A stretch of DNA of 63,510 nt, counting the filler. It is 10 parts of 10 records of this genome, joined end to end, with 100 filler letters (N's around TTAATTAATTAA, not from the genome) between each part and the next. Parts side by side here need not be neighbours in the genome. Positions count along the whole stretch, not along the records: positions 9,909 to 19,660 come from SRR7504441_5485; positions 19,761 to 28,120 come from SRR7504441_5492; 8 more parts are not named here. One strand, 5' to 3'. The notes under the pieces are model-generated. The model was not told where the DNA came from, did not search any database, and saw only the letters and a list, made by a program, of their open reading frames with translations. A program made the position numbers and the translations under genes. Below are positions 12,022-25,100 of the stretch, piece by piece (within the stretch, counting starts at the first letter, position 1; each line of letters starts with the position of its first letter).

Positions 12022-13706
12022 CTATAGGACCACACAGGTTTGGCAGACGTGTGAGGCCTCAGCCTCCCCTTTCTGTGGTAGCGCGCCTTGGGCACGCTGC
12101 TCGCACGCAGCAGACACCAGTGTCCCGGTCTCCTGCCTGGCCTCGTTGCTCCATGTGGTCAACTCCTTAAGGATCGCCGCCATCGTCACCTCCGGGCAGC
12201 CCTGCAGAAACGGAACAGTTTCCACCATCTCGTCCGCTATACTCTGCGGAAGGTCGGTCCATATGTGCATAACAAACGAGATGGTCCGCTTGCCTTGCTC
12301 CCACGGCAGGAAGAACGTGAGCACTACTCGCAACGTACTCGCGTCACAAAGCTCGCACCAAGACTCTTGCAGCACCACCCCACCCTTCACATCGGGAGTC
12401 GACGCCACCGAGACGGCCAGATCCGAGTCGGCACCAAGAGAGACACTCGAAGACTTGATCCGGGCTAATGCCACTGGCGCTTTATCGAGCTTCGGCGAGC
12501 GCGGGGTCCGTGGCCGGCCCTTGCAGTGGCTCAGTCTAGCGCTCCCTCGACTGGGTATGAGGATAGGCTGGGTCCTGCTAACAGATCGCTCTTCGCGCGC
12601 CTGGACCGCAAGTCAACCACGCGATCGGCAGGCCAGGCGGACCGTTGTGCGTGTGAGGTCGACCGCACTGCGTGGAATCAGCGATGGCGAGTCTGGCGGC
12701 CGGCAGCCCATCTTTGGTGTGCATGGTGCGCTGGGCGTTTTGGTCAAACAGTCTGCTTCGAACAGGTCAGCAAACGATAAGTGTCTGCTCAAAGTGCTGT
12801 CAGCAAATATAAACTGCCAGCGGCCCGGTCAGCCCGGCCCTCCGTCCAGCAGTGCCTCGGCATCGTCGGCCTTGAGCGGACTCAGGTACTCCGCGGCAGA
12901 CTCTACTACGTCGTCACCGAGCACATCTGCGATCAGCAGGCTGAGAGTCGAGAAGCTCTCCGGACCGAGCGAAGACTTGGGGTCCTCGCCGGAGGTAGCC
13001 TGCCCGCGGTGGAGGAACTCTATGTAGCACTGGAGGCAACTGATATTCCCTGACTGAAGCGACACCTGAGCGGCCAGTGAGTCGACCAGGGAGCGGGTAG
13101 TGCTCACAGGGTTGATAGGAGTGTAGCGGCAGTAGTGGCAAACCTCCTCGAACTGAGCTCTCATGGTGCTGTGCAGCCGCCACTTCTTGTGGCTCTTCAC
13201 GGCTGCCGTTATGGACTGGACCTGAGACAGTGTGATGAACGGCATCTTCACGATCTGCGGAAGCTTCCTGCGCTTGAGCGGCGGCGAGTGGTTCTTATCG
13301 TGCTTTTTCAGTATCTTCAGCACGGCCAGCCAGTTGCAGACCGAGGCCATCTGGAGCCCGCGCAGTGCCACGGACAGCTCCACCGGCGACCCGGCGACCC
13401 CGGTACCGTCGGCCATGATTGAGGTGGACAGCTGGCACAGCGCCTCCTCGGCGGCCAAGCAGGCCTGATTCAGCTGCAGCCCGTCCCTGTCAACCCGGCC
13501 AATCCAGCTGAATGGCACCTTCAGCAGCTCCTGGTCGAACGCTCCTTCGAACCCGGCTGCGGCGGGGGCCTTGAGATGCTGCTTGAGACGCTTGTAGTCG
13601 ACCACTTGGTCCTGTGGAATCTGGTGTTCCTCCATGTAAGCCCGCAGCCTGCCCCGCCGCTCGGCCGGCCGCCGGGCCACTCGGGGCACTTTTTGCCGAA
13701 CTTCAT
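12022..13706 (-). CDS. SPX-domain protein with a degenerate RING and a C-terminal WNK-CCT-like segment
   Basis: SPX motifs MKFGK, VDYKRLK, KILKKHDK; RING-like CHYC…P…SGNISCLQC; ISFVMHIWTDLPQSIADEMVE; several ~40-nt introns. Confidence 0.8.
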
Positions 13707-13874
13707 CGCGCACAGGGCTAGCCGCGCTTCGCCTCCCGGGTGGGGTGTCCCCCCGTGCTCCCTCGGGATTTGTACGTGGCGCGTCCGCTCGACTGAGCTG
13801 GACTGGACTCGAGGAAAAAAAAATTGTCGTAAATCTGGCGCGGGGACCCAGAGACACAACAAGCACATCGCCAA

Positions 13875-14515
13875 ATGCCGCACCCGGCCCGTGCAGCGCG
13901 CGAGGCCCTAGCGGCGCCGTTGCTCCGACCGAGCGGGCCCCTGGCCCAGCGGCACCCGTACCTCAAGCGGGCCGCCTTCATCCCGGACTCCTTCCCCTAC
14001 GGGCCGGCACTCCGGCCCACCACAGTCGACCTCACCCGCATCTGCGGGCTCTGCGGCCAGGCCGGCCGACCCGACTGCGGGCCACGGCAGCTGAGCGCCT
14101 CCTCGGCCCCGGCGGCCGGAAGTTCCGGGTTTGGTAAGTTCAGCGACTCGTGCGGCACCGCCGGGTGGGCGCGTCGGGACGCCATTCAACGCCAGCACAT
14201 GCGAAGCACAAAGAAGTGCCACGTCCAGTACCCGAGCTGTGCCTGCGCGGTCTGCCTGCCGGCTGTGATGTCGCCAGTGCCTCCCGCGGCGGATCGCCGC
14301 CCAGCTCGCCGATTCCGGCTGCCGCCGCGCACCGTGAAGCGAGCTGCAGGGGACGGACAAAACCAGGCGCGTTGCCCGCCTGGCTGCAGCTGAGCGTGCG
14401 GCAGACGCTCAGACTTGCCAAGCTGGCCTGGGACATGGTGAGCGAGCGGCAGGCCGAGGGCCCGGAACGATGGGACGCTGACAGGATGGCACGCTGGACC
14501 GGGTGGCACCGATAG
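13875..14515 (+). CDS. Small multi-exon hypothetical protein, Cys/His-containing
   Basis: ATG 13875 divergent from the SPX gene; ORFs 13875-14393 and 14150-14515 joinable via short introns; stop followed by an AT-rich tract. Confidence 0.5.
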
Positions 14516-14791
14516 ATGCTACCACCATGCGTCTTTGTAATCACAGAGGCTCGACGCGCCAATTCTAGCATTATATGTAAGTATGTACAGTAGAGATAGC
14601 ATTTGCCATAGTTAAAGTAATTCGGTCATTGTAATTTAATAGTAATTTAAAGTTGGTGTATTTGAACTGATGTATCCAAAACTCTTTTTGATACTCTTCA
14701 TACAGTACTCGTACATGTACTCTACATGCACATGTTTGCCTCGCCATAAACAGCCATAAACACTTCTATACAGTTATCAACACGCTCAGCT

Positions 14792-17210
14792 TTACAGCAC
14801 AGTCTCAACGGTGCCCAGCCGGTTGATGTAGTAGGCCCCGGGCTTGTCGAGCGAGAAACTGAGTTGCTCATGCTTAGCAATCCTGAACCCGCGAATCCTG
14901 GCCTCCTCGGGGGCAGTTGCCATCTCTTCAGGAGTCAATGCGACCACCTGGCCCTCGAATCAGCCAACCGGAGCCATCTAGGGCCACCTCCCAGCCCTTG
15001 TTGGTCACCACCAAATCCTGCAAAAGCACAGTTGCGCCCGGCACAGCATGCACCACCAGGCAGCTGCCAGACACTAGCTCAGCGCCATCGATCACACAGG
15101 CACCTTCCAGGCTCCACGAACACGTTCCGAAGCTCTATGTCTCCGCCCTCAATCACCAACGCAGACCCAGGACCGAGCCCGCCGCCGGAGACCTTGTTCT
15201 CGATTTGGGTTACGAAGTCCGGAGACAGCACAGCCAGTGGAGGCAACTCGAGTTGAATATCATCCACAGTCAGAGCCAGCTTTTCGCCAATCTCCATACC
15301 TTGCCCGCCGGCATTGAGGCAGTCACAGTTGAACGCGTACACGTCAAACTCTCCGGCCGACGCGCACGCCGGGTCCAGGCCGCTCTGCTGCTTCTTTGCG
15401 GCGTCGCTGGTCTTGTTCTTGACAGGAGAGTATTGCCGGACATACTGTCGGTTGAGAGAGGTGAATCCGACCTTCTCGTCGTCTGTGAAGAGCCTCGGGA
15501 AGTCCTGGGCGCGAGGTGAGTGGCTCACGGGGGGCGGGGGTGTGCCTGCATCATGCACTCTAGCCGGGTCGGGGACTTGAAGACAGTCTTGGCAGTGTCG
15601 GCGTACTTCGGGTTCACAAACTCGGGCACTGCAGCACGCCACTCTCAGCCTGAGCGCGTAGCCATTCTAGCAGCCACCTCCACCGCCCGACCGATCCAAG
15701 ACCTTCTGGTACGCGTCGAGCTTGAAGATCAGTTCGTTGATACTCCCAGGCCAGGGCGAGAGCCCGGTGGCTGGATCGGCGACGTCACCCTCCTTGAACT
15801 CCTCGGTGGCCCTGAGCATGGCATCAATCTGGTTGTACTCGACATTGATGGTGAGGTCAGGCTTTCCAGGTCCAGTGAGCTTGGCAATCCCGCCGATCGC
15901 TTCCTTGGGCCGACGCGGCACGCAGCATGAGTTCATCGCAAAGTCGCTGCTGACACTCACGCCTAGCCCGACCAGCCCCGTGCTGCCAAACGCTCAGACC
16001 CTACCGACGGGAACGAGGTACGCACCGGAGGCAGAAGAAATTAGTGTCCTGCAAGCAACTGTCAGCAGCAGCGAGCGGGTGTGCGGCACACCTGGAACAG
16101 AAACAGGTACTCGATCCCGCGAGCTCGCCACTGTGGGATGAGCCCACTGGCGTGCAGCACTTGGTGGACATCCCCGTGCCCGTGCGGCTTAGTCTGGATC
16201 GAGTACCCGTCCTCAGCGAGAGCGATCCGGCCTTGGTTGTCAGCGATGCTCGGGACCTTATCTTGCTTCAGCAGCACAATCTGCCCCCATAATCAGCCCG
16301 CTTCGCAACCTCCACCCGCCTGTCCCTCCGCCATCCCAAAATTCCGATTAGCCTCCAACAGCTCTCGCGTGCGTTTGTGAGTATCGTCACTTGTCATCAG
16401 CATCAATGGCAGCTTCAGCTCGGGATCGCCAAGCAGCTGACAGCCTACAGCCTGGAAGGACAGGATTGTCCTCACGTAATACTCTATGAAGCTCCGCTCC
16501 GTACAGCTCTCGGCCGGCAGCGCCAGCTTGATGCCGTTGTATCCGAGCCGCTCCCCCAGCCCGCCGGCCACAATCCCAAACGCGCACCGGCCAATGTTCT
16601 GCAGCCCAATCTCCTCCGCTTCGGCCCACTCCGGGCTGTGCGCCGTCAGCACCGTCCCGGCTGGCACTGACGGTGAGTACCCGCCGAGAGGATTGTCGCC
16701 CGCAGCACTCTGCGGCCACACCAGTGATTACTCAACCCGGGCCGGCCGGACCTGGCGGAGCAAATCGCGGGCGTTCGCCACGTACTGGATCAGCCCACCG
16801 GGATACGCCACCTCGCACTTCATCAGCTGGGACACGGCGTGTTTCTTCAGCCCATCCTCTTGGCCCGGAGCGGCCCACCCTGCGAACAGCTGAGCCTGCC
16901 CGTCGTCCCGCAGCCGACGGCAGAGCGCCAGCTCGGCGGCAGTCAGCAGCGCATGGTTGGCTTCTAACGGATCCTGCTCGGCTGGCTCGGCGGTCTGCTC
17001 GGCCGGACGGGAGAGTTCGAGCTTGTCCAGGCGGGCGTGGATGTCGTCAATCGCACCATCTTCGGAGAGCGCGGGCGGGGGGTGCTCGGTGAGCCAGGCC
17101 CGGACCGCGGATTGGTTGGAGTCCTCGAACGCCCGGCTCCGCTGATACCTGTCCTGGAAGATCGACTGGCCGTCCAGTGGGCCGTAGCTGGGGTGCGGAG
17201 TGCGGTACAT
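14792..17210 (-). CDS. USP: UDP-sugar pyrophosphorylase (USP)
   Basis: [75 protein letters not shown]. Confidence 0.93.
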
Positions 17211-17299
17211 CGTGCCAGTCGCAGTCCGGAGCCGGAGTCAGAGTCAGTTAGAGTAACGGAATTATAAGGCCGCACCCGACGTGTCTTAGGCAGGCAGGC

Positions 17300-18415
17300 A
17301 TGCGCGTCCCAATACAGCTGGGGCTCATCTTCGCGCTGGCCGCCGGAACCTCCATCCCGAGCCGATCGTTGCCTCCCAACGGGGTCCGGCTGCCGGGGCT
17401 CTACATCGGGATGGGCAATTTCACGGCCTGGCTCCTGACCGCCCGGCCGCACGCAGACTCGCCGGTGGGGGTTAAGACGGCTTACATGTACCACAACCAG
17501 CAGACCATCATGCCACAGGTGCGGGCGGCCGGGCTGACCCGGGGAGACGTCTTCCTCGAGACGATGATCCCCTGCGGAGGCATCGACGGCAGCCCTAGTC
17601 CTATGAACCGATCGGCCGCCGGCCAGTATATCGATACCGACTTGTCGCTGCTGGGCACGAGCTACGTGGACCTGCTGCTGGTCCACCATCGGTGCGACAC
17701 CCCCGACCAGACGGCCCAAGTCTGGACCGCAATGGAAAGCGCGCTCCGTGCCGGCAAGGCCCGCGCGATCGGGGTCTCCAACTTCGGGGCCGAAGACCTG
17801 AAGCAGTTACTCGCGGTGGCCCGGGAGCCGATTGCGGTGAACGAGGCCCATTTCGGGGTTGGGGTGATGGACTGGGAGACCATCGAGCTCTGCAGGCAGC
17901 ACAACATCAGCTTAGTCTCGTTCAGCTCACTCTCAGCCGGAGTTCCGATCGACCACCCAACCATCAGTGCAGTAGCCGCCCGGCACAACGCCACAAACGG
18001 ACAAGTGATGCTCCGTTACGTCTCTCAGCACGGGATTTCGGTGCTCTCTTCCTTTACAAACCCCGAGTATCTGGGTGAGGACATAGCTATGTTCGGGCTC
18101 GTACTCTCTCCCCAAGACCTGGCACAACTGGACGCACTGCAGAAAGGCAAGCGCACCTGCCCGGATTGCTACACGCACCAGTGTCAGGGTTGCGCCCAGC
18201 AGCTCGCCAAGCGAGGCTGTCCGGTTGGGAACCTTCCGGCGGCCGGCCGTGGCAACCCCGACAGTGCGCAGTGTGTGGCTTGTGCTGCGGGCCAGAATGC
18301 GACGGTGGCTGCGGCTTGCGGCCCGTGGTTCATGGTCGAGAAAGCCTGCGGCACGGCCGGCGGGTTCCCGAAGGCGCAGCCGGCCGCCGCCCCAAGATCG
18401 CCGTCGGATCTCTAG
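17300..18415 (+). CDS. Aldo/keto reductase-family protein with a signal peptide and a Cys-rich C-terminal tail, intronless
   Basis: YVDLLLVH, GKARAIGVSNF, IAVNEAHF, LSPQDLAQLDAL; hydrophobic N-terminus; C-terminal Cys cluster. Confidence 0.88.
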   Translation: MRVPIQLGLIFALAAGTSIPSRSLPPNGVRLPGLYIGMGNFTAWLLTARPHADSPVGVKTAYMYHNQQTIMPQVRAAGLTRGDVFLETMIPCGGIDGSPSPMNRSAAGQYIDTDLSLLGTSYVDLLLVHHRCDTPDQTAQVWTAMESALRAGKARAIGVSNFGAEDLKQLLAVAREPIAVNEAHFGVGVMDWETIELCRQHNISLVSFSSLSAGVPIDHPTISAVAARHNATNGQVMLRYVSQHGISVLSSFTNPEYLGEDIAMFGLVLSPQDLAQLDALQKGKRTCPDCYTHQCQGCAQQLAKRGCPVGNLPAAGRGNPDSAQCVACAAGQNATVAAACGPWFMVEKACGTAGGFPKAQPAAAPRSPSDL

Positions 18416-18882
18416 TGTTAATGTTAATGGGAAGTGCCACCGTTCGAAGCTTGGCAAACATACCCGTGGAATGATGTGTTTTAAAATCGGATGATTATCC
18501 GATTGCTGCGCGTGCGCCCTTCCAATATTTTGCACGTATACATGTATAAATATTTTCATCTAGTTACCTGTTTTCATCAATTTGTCTATGAAATCAGTTG
18601 ATTATCCCGGACTTACCGAGTACTATCAATTATTCTATTCTACAATAATTCTACAATGCCGATTTCAACAGAAGACAGATCTCTCACAACAAGTTGTGGA
18701 GCACTCAAAGAGTTTGCTTCTAACAACACGAGTAATCTCGAGATCTTCATCATTGCTCCATCATGCTCTACCCCGTTCCAAGCTCACGCGCGTTGACCCC
18801 AGTTCTTCGGATCAAAAAGATTAGCAAACTTTGTCAACCCAGTTGGCTGCTTGCTCGTTCCATTGAGCGGTGCGCCCTCTCG

Positions 18883-19660
18883 CTAATCCGCTCGATCCGA
18901 AGAAGTGGGCTCATCTTTGCGTTTGGCTGCGGCGCTCAGGGCCCCCGAGATCCCGTAAGCTAGCAGCTCATTATCAACACTGGCCAGCAGTTCAAACTTA
19001 AGGTGCTGCCGGCGCCAGCTCGCCAGCTCCGCCTCCAACTGGGTGATCCGCGTTTGTTGCCGCTCTTGCAGGTCTGTCCGAACCGATTTGGAGCGAAGTA
19101 GCTGCTGCACTCCCGACAGCTCGACGCACAACCGATCCAGATAGTCCACCAACCTGCCGGATTGCTGCTGTTCGGTCAACCCCCGTGCCTCTGCGTTCCA
19201 GACGCTGCTGTCAGTTAGAAGTCCGCTCAACAAGCGCAACTGCGCGCTCAGCTGCTCGAAATCCGTTGGTTGTATGGATCCAAGCACGGCAGGCTGGGCG
19301 CTGCTGCTGCCTGTGCGCCGCAAATCGGCTACAGCCCGGGGCGAAGAATAGTGGTCCTTGCTGCCGTGTGGGCTGGTCGCCTCACTAGTTCCGGAATCCG
19401 AGAGCGAAGAGGCCGGCAGCGCTTGTAGCCCAAGTTTGAGTGCCTGGCTCCAGGCCTGCTCGAGCGCCAGTTCTTGCTGAAGCTCTGCCACGTCTGAAGG
19501 CCCAGTTAGGCCCAAGCTCTCCCAGCCGCCCAACCGCTCCTCCACACGAACCAGCTCGGCCTCCAACCGCTTCTGATCGGCCTCAAGCTCGGCCTTGGTG
19601 CGCTCCCGCTGCTCGTTTGCCTGCTGATCGGCCTTCAGCTCAGCGTTGGCTTGCTCCAGC
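18883..19660 (-). CDS. Coiled-coil protein, 3' part (5' truncated; last exons uncertain)
   Basis: Open frame from the contig edge; E/L/Q/R heptads. Confidence 0.55.
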
Positions 19661-19760
19661 NNNNNNNNNNNNNNNNNNNNNNNNNNNNNNNNNNNNNNNN
19701 NNNNTTAATTAATTAANNNNNNNNNNNNNNNNNNNNNNNNNNNNNNNNNNNNNNNNNNNN
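19661..19760. other. Artificial contig linker
   Basis: N44-TTAATTAATTAA-N44. Confidence 0.98.
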
Positions 19761-19869
19761 ATGGTCCAAATCTAGTAGAGGTATAGTAGAGGTACGCCAA
19801 AGGTGGAGAGGTACGCCAAAGGTCTTGTCGCGTGTTCTCTGTGAACGCTCCTACGAGCCTAATTAGAGC

Positions 19870-22032
19870 CTAGTGCCGTGCATCATAATGCATCAGCTCG
19901 CCAGCGGGCTCGCTAAAGTAGCCTTGCTTCCAGCTGGCCGTCCACTTTGGCACCAGCTCGTAATTCATGCTCGGATATTCCGGCTCAGGCTCGGGCTTTG
20001 TGGCCTTGACTCCGGCCAGCACGACCTCGGCCTTCCACCCTTTTTGCACGAACAGCAGACTCGACTCTATCATCAGCACCAGCGCCTTTATCTTCTCCAG
20101 CCCGCTCTGCTGCGCGGTCTTCTTGCTGCTCGCAGCGTGCAGCACCTGCCCCGCACTACAGCCGCGCAGACCAGCCGTTCGAATACCGCCAGGTGGCACA
20201 GCGAGTTGACGAACCCCTCAAAGTCGAGCCGAGTTGGGTCCGGTGATTCCTGGCTCAACTGCAAGCCCGAGCTCAGAGCCAGTCGACGGCCGGGCCGGAC
20301 CTGAGCCTCGAAGATCTGCCGGAGCTGCCTCTGCGAGCTGATCTCGAGCAAACCAAACTTGTGAATGCACTGAATCCATTTGGCCTGACTCATGCCAGGC
20401 ACTGGGCTTGAATCAGGATTTCCAAACAGCAGGTACACCTAGACCTCGGGCTCGGCCGCGCACGATCAGGCCGCACCCGCAGGAGCTCGGCGGCCACAAG
20501 ATCGAGGAACTCAACCACTTCCTGGTTGAAGAACCCGGCCAGCGGGTCGGCCGCGGCTTGTGGGCTCGAAAAGTACGGAAACACCTGCTTACTAGCTCAC
20601 AAAGCACCCACACCGGGCAGATACGTGACCCTCAACCAGAAAGCTGAGTGCAGTCTCCTCGTCCAGTGCGTCCGAGAACTTGACACAGGCGATGTGCAGC
20701 AGCACTCGCACAAACTGATCGAGCGAGGCGATCGGAGCCCCGCCGCCTCTCGCCAACTCTATCCCATAAGCCTCGTCGAGCTGGTCGTGCCCGAGCGCCT
20801 GGCCGCAGGCGGAGGCCTCGAGCAGCTTGGCCTTCTGGGCCAGCCGCTTGAACCCCGTGAGCCGGACCTGAGGCCCCGGGTGCCGGCTGGGCAGAGTGAG
20901 ACCCACCTTGCCGTCCATGTCGCGACATTGGTTCATCACTCGAGTGAGTGCCTCCCTCTGGTCTTGCCCAAGCAGCGCCGCCGCCTCGCCGCCCACTGGC
21001 GGGAGACTGTGCAGGCCGGTCAGCTGAGCCTGCGGGCGGGTGCTTGCCTCGGGTTCTGGGGTCTGCAGTGCTGCTTCCACATGGCCTCCACCACCTTCCC
21101 AGTTGAAGTGCCTCTGTGCTCCCTGCCGCAGTTCAGACCCGCGAGCACCGGCCGGCCGCCTGCACAGCAGCTCGAATGCGTGAGCCGCGGCTAGGTGTCT
21201 GAGTATCGCGGCTGGCTGCTCAGCTTGCTCACCGCATACAGGGCCGGCCAAGTGAGCAAGGCAGCGCAGGAACCTGCCCGCCCGCTAAACCGGGGCCAGC
21301 CGGGCCGGGACCCCTGGAACGACATGCCGCCACTCGGTCTGTCCATGCACTGGCTGAATGCGTCGCCGATCACGACGTCACTCACTAGGGGGATTAATCC
21401 GTACTCCTGCCCGTGGCCTCAGACCCGGCGCCCGGCGCCCGGGGAGGACTTGCGCGAACTTTCCAAACTCCTCCCGGTCGAGCAGCATGTCCCGGGTGTG
21501 CCGCTGCACCGCGTGCCAATCATAAATCGCCCGGAGCGCCGCCGAGGCCGGGGCGAGCATAAGCAGAGCCTGCTCCTCGTCCAGGGCGCTGGTCTTGGGG
21601 CCATGCGGCCCGGCCAGGTTTCGGAGCTGGTGCGCCAGCGCCGCGAACGCCTCCTCCGGCTCGACCGCATCGTACAGCCACCCAGCCACGATCCGGACCG
21701 CCGCCACGAAATGGCTGAACCTGCCCCGGCCCTCGGACCGCCCGCCGGCCCGGCCGGCACTTGAGGCTCTTGGAGCCGGGTCCAGCGGCCCGAATCAGAG
21801 CCATCTCGCCGTCGGCGTAGCTGAGCCCGTGCTGGGACAGCCCATTCCGGGTGGCTGGCACCAGATCAGCCTGCTTGAGCATTTGCATCCACCTGCAGTC
21901 CAGCTGGGGCCGCGGGCGGGCCGCGGGACACCCGTTGAGCCCGAGGGAGTGGTGCCCGCCCATCCGCCGGCCGTGCTTGCTCGTGAGCTTCTCGAATAGC
22001 CGGCGGACCGTATCCAGCGCCGACTCCGCCAT
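19870..22032 (-). CDS. Multi-exon protein with repeated p25-alpha(TPPP)/EF-hand-like helical modules
   Basis: Repeated pattern F….M….W/F..M..+A.L……..F……L.F..F…L..IA (e.g. SLDQFVRVLLHIA, LDFEGFVNSLCHLA, FSHFVAAVRIVA). Confidence 0.55.
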
Positions 22033-22169
22033 CAGGCGCCCCACGTGCACTGCACAAGGCTTTGGCTTGCCGATACGAAACAAAATCGGGCCGTTGCAAC
22101 GGACGATTTCGGCCAGGAGCCAAGCTTACAGGCCGTGCTGTACTACCAGGGCCGAAGGAGGGGGGGGCG

Positions 22170-25100
22170 ATGCAGGCGGCCAAGCGGCACTACGGCGCCA
22201 AATGGGCCCGGCTCTCGGTGGCTGAGAAGCGCGAGGCCGTCCGGTGCCCCCCCGCCCGGCTCGGGCTTTGACCCTGATCCCAGGGCCTTCTCGCTGCAAC
22301 GGAACCGCAGCCCCCGCGCCCGCCGCCCGCGCAACCAGCCCCCGCTCCCGGCCGAGCCCAAGGCCCGGCTGCAGGAGGCCTCGAAGCGGGTGCTCCAGCC
22401 GCCGCCCCGCGGTGCGCTCGGCGGGGGCCGGCCGGTGAGCGGTTTGCCAGCCCGCCGGAGAGCGAGCCCAACCAAAAGGGAGGAGCGCAGCAACGGACAG
22501 CCCCAGCAGCCGGTCGCGCTGCAGCAGGCGGCCGGGATGAGCACCGACGAGCTGCGCCGGCACCTTTTGGCAGTGCCAGCTGTCCCGTCCGACCGCGTGG
22601 AGGCGGCCAATTCGAGAGAGCAACTACTCCAACTGCTCGCGGTCCACCTCAACACCGCTCCGGAGCCCGAGCCGGCGCCCGAGCATCTGGGGGCCGACAC
22701 GATGCTGCGCGAGTCGGAGGCCGAGCCTGCTCGCGCGCAGGAGCCGGAGGGGGCTGTGACGGCTGCAGTGCTCAAACTGCTCGATGAAAGCGGGGTGCGG
22801 CCGGCGGCGGCGGCACGAGAGAGGGAGCAGGTGACCGACACCGAGCTGGCGGCGCTCCAGAGCAAGCAGCAGCTGAAGGAGCGGTTGGAAGGCGGTGCTC
22901 CGATCATCGAGCACGCAGCAGAGATGCTCCGTGAGTCGGAGACCGAGCCGGAGCCCAAGGGGGGGCGCTGGCCATCGGCGAGCACCGCTGTGGTGCAGCT
23001 GCTGCGACAGCAGGTCAAGGCGCTGCAAGGCGAGCTGGTGGATCGCGGGTTGGAGCTCCAGGCGGTCGAGGCCGAGCATCTGGATACAATGCGTGAGCTC
23101 GAGGCTGCAATGCAGGGCAAGGAGCGGGAGCTTGAGGGGCTGCAATCGCAGCTGGACCAGCAGCAGGCGCACCACCAGGCGATGGTGCCTGGCTCGGCCT
23201 GGGTTGGTGTGAGTGGGGCTAGATGCATAAACTAGAAAAAATGCAACATGAGCTCGAGGAAGAGGAAGGCACCGAGGCCGCGCTCAAAAGGCGGCCGGCC
23301 GGCCTGGCCGAGGCGAGCGGCGGACAGGCAACTGGCGGAGATCCAGTTTGCGTACACGTCGCTGCAGCGGGGGCACGCGTTTCAGGATCGCGAGGCTCTG
23401 CTGAGGGCTGAAGCGGAGGTGTGGACATAGAGTGAGCTTAGGGGTGAGGTGGGGAGCAGGTCAAGCAAGAGAGGGAGCGACGGGTGGCGCTCCAGAAGGA
23501 GGAGCTAGCGGTGGGCGCTGCAGGGGCGGGCTGCGGCCGAGGCTTGGAGGCAGGTTAAGCTCCGTATGAGTGCTCTTGAGGATCAGCTTGTGCTGCTCAA
23601 GAGCGGAGGTTTGCTGCATGAATTCACTGTGCGCTAGTGGCTCGACTGGGGCTCATAGCTGGGCCAGGCCGAGCTCACTGGGAGCCACCACAACAAGGGA
23701 TCCGAGACACTGTTGTATGTGATTCAGTGCTCCGGTGGAGGGCACCAGTGGGTGGTCAGCTACGATTGCCTCGGTCTGTGCTGATCTGGCAGCAGGTACA
23801 TCGGAGCTATGACCAGTTCTATGACATGCACGATGAGCTACAAACTGTCGAGGATGAGCGCCAGCTGTACGGCGGTGAGCCCTCGAGCGGATCCAGCTCA
23901 AGCCTTGTGTTAGGAGACCTTCCTGACATCCCAAGCCGCCGCCGGTTCTCATCCGATTACGACGCGGATGTGGTCGAAGAGAGGATTCGGCTGCTCCCTC
24001 CTGTGCTCGCCGCGGCCGTCAGGTGGCCATAGCTCTGGCGGTGGCGAGCGTAGGTAGGTATGTGGCTGAGTTGGGGGTCTACTCGTGCGCTGGGTTTCTG
24101 TTCAGCTTTTTCGACATGCAGGCAGCCCGGCGATGGGTGCAGCCGGCCTGACTGGGGCTTAGGCGGCTGACCAGCAGTTTCAAGATAAGCAGGAGACTGT
24201 AGAGGAGCCGGAGGACATCTTCCTAGAGGTGTGTTCCGCGTGATGAGCTGGCGATTGGGGTGGCAGGCGGATAGCCCTGAGGACTTGACACAGCGGCTGG
24301 CCGGCGCGAGGGACCAGATAGATCAGCTGATGGAGCTGGCAGAGCTCGGGGTGCTCAGAGTGCAAGAGGTTTGCGCTGGGTCTGGTGTTCTGTGCTCACG
24401 TTCAGCAGGTCGAGGCACAGATGGAGCAAATGCGAAAGGACGCCACCACCCCGCGGTCCACTGGAAAGAACATGCGCCGCAGTCAGTCCACTCCGCGCCG
24501 TTCGCAAACGCCTCGCTCTTCTGCACCCAAGGCCAGGAGTGGCGGGGCATCTTTGTCCACACCGAGGTGGCACGCTCCAGTCAGGCAAGCTAAAGCGGGG
24601 TGTGCAGGAGCTGCAGGTCTCGGGGCAGTGCTGTGGCGAGCCCAGAGCTCGGGAGTATCAAATCGACACTCAAAGAGAAGCTGTGGGGGCTGGATTACGA
24701 TAAGGATGGAGTGCCCGACTCGCTCCAGGCAATAGACGAGGGCGCAGTGGACATGGCCAAGAGTGACACTAACAAGGATGGCAAGCTTGACCTGCAGGAG
24801 TGGAAGAGGGCTGGCGGCACCGAGGAGGATTTCAAGGAGATTGATTTCGACGGTGATGGTATGGTTGACCAGGTGGAGAAGGAGGTGGGCGAGATGGCAT
24901 TTGTGAGCAGGCTCGAGCAGCAAGTCCAGCTCCAATACTCGCACAAGATTGAGCAGGCCTCCAGCATGGAGGAGGTGGTGCGACTATGCGCCGAGATGTA
25001 CCTGTGGATGCGCAACGAGGGCCAGGCGCTGCTAATGGAGGAGCAGGATCGGAGCTCCCAGGCGCAGGCGCGGCTCAAGGAGGCCAAACAGCGCGAGATG

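Noticed and set aside
19773-19823. Short tandem repeats (TAGTAGAGGTA x2, AGAGGTACGCCAAAGGT x2) as a CRISPR-like array
   Set aside because: Two copies each, no spacers, eukaryotic context; a simple local duplication at a contig edge
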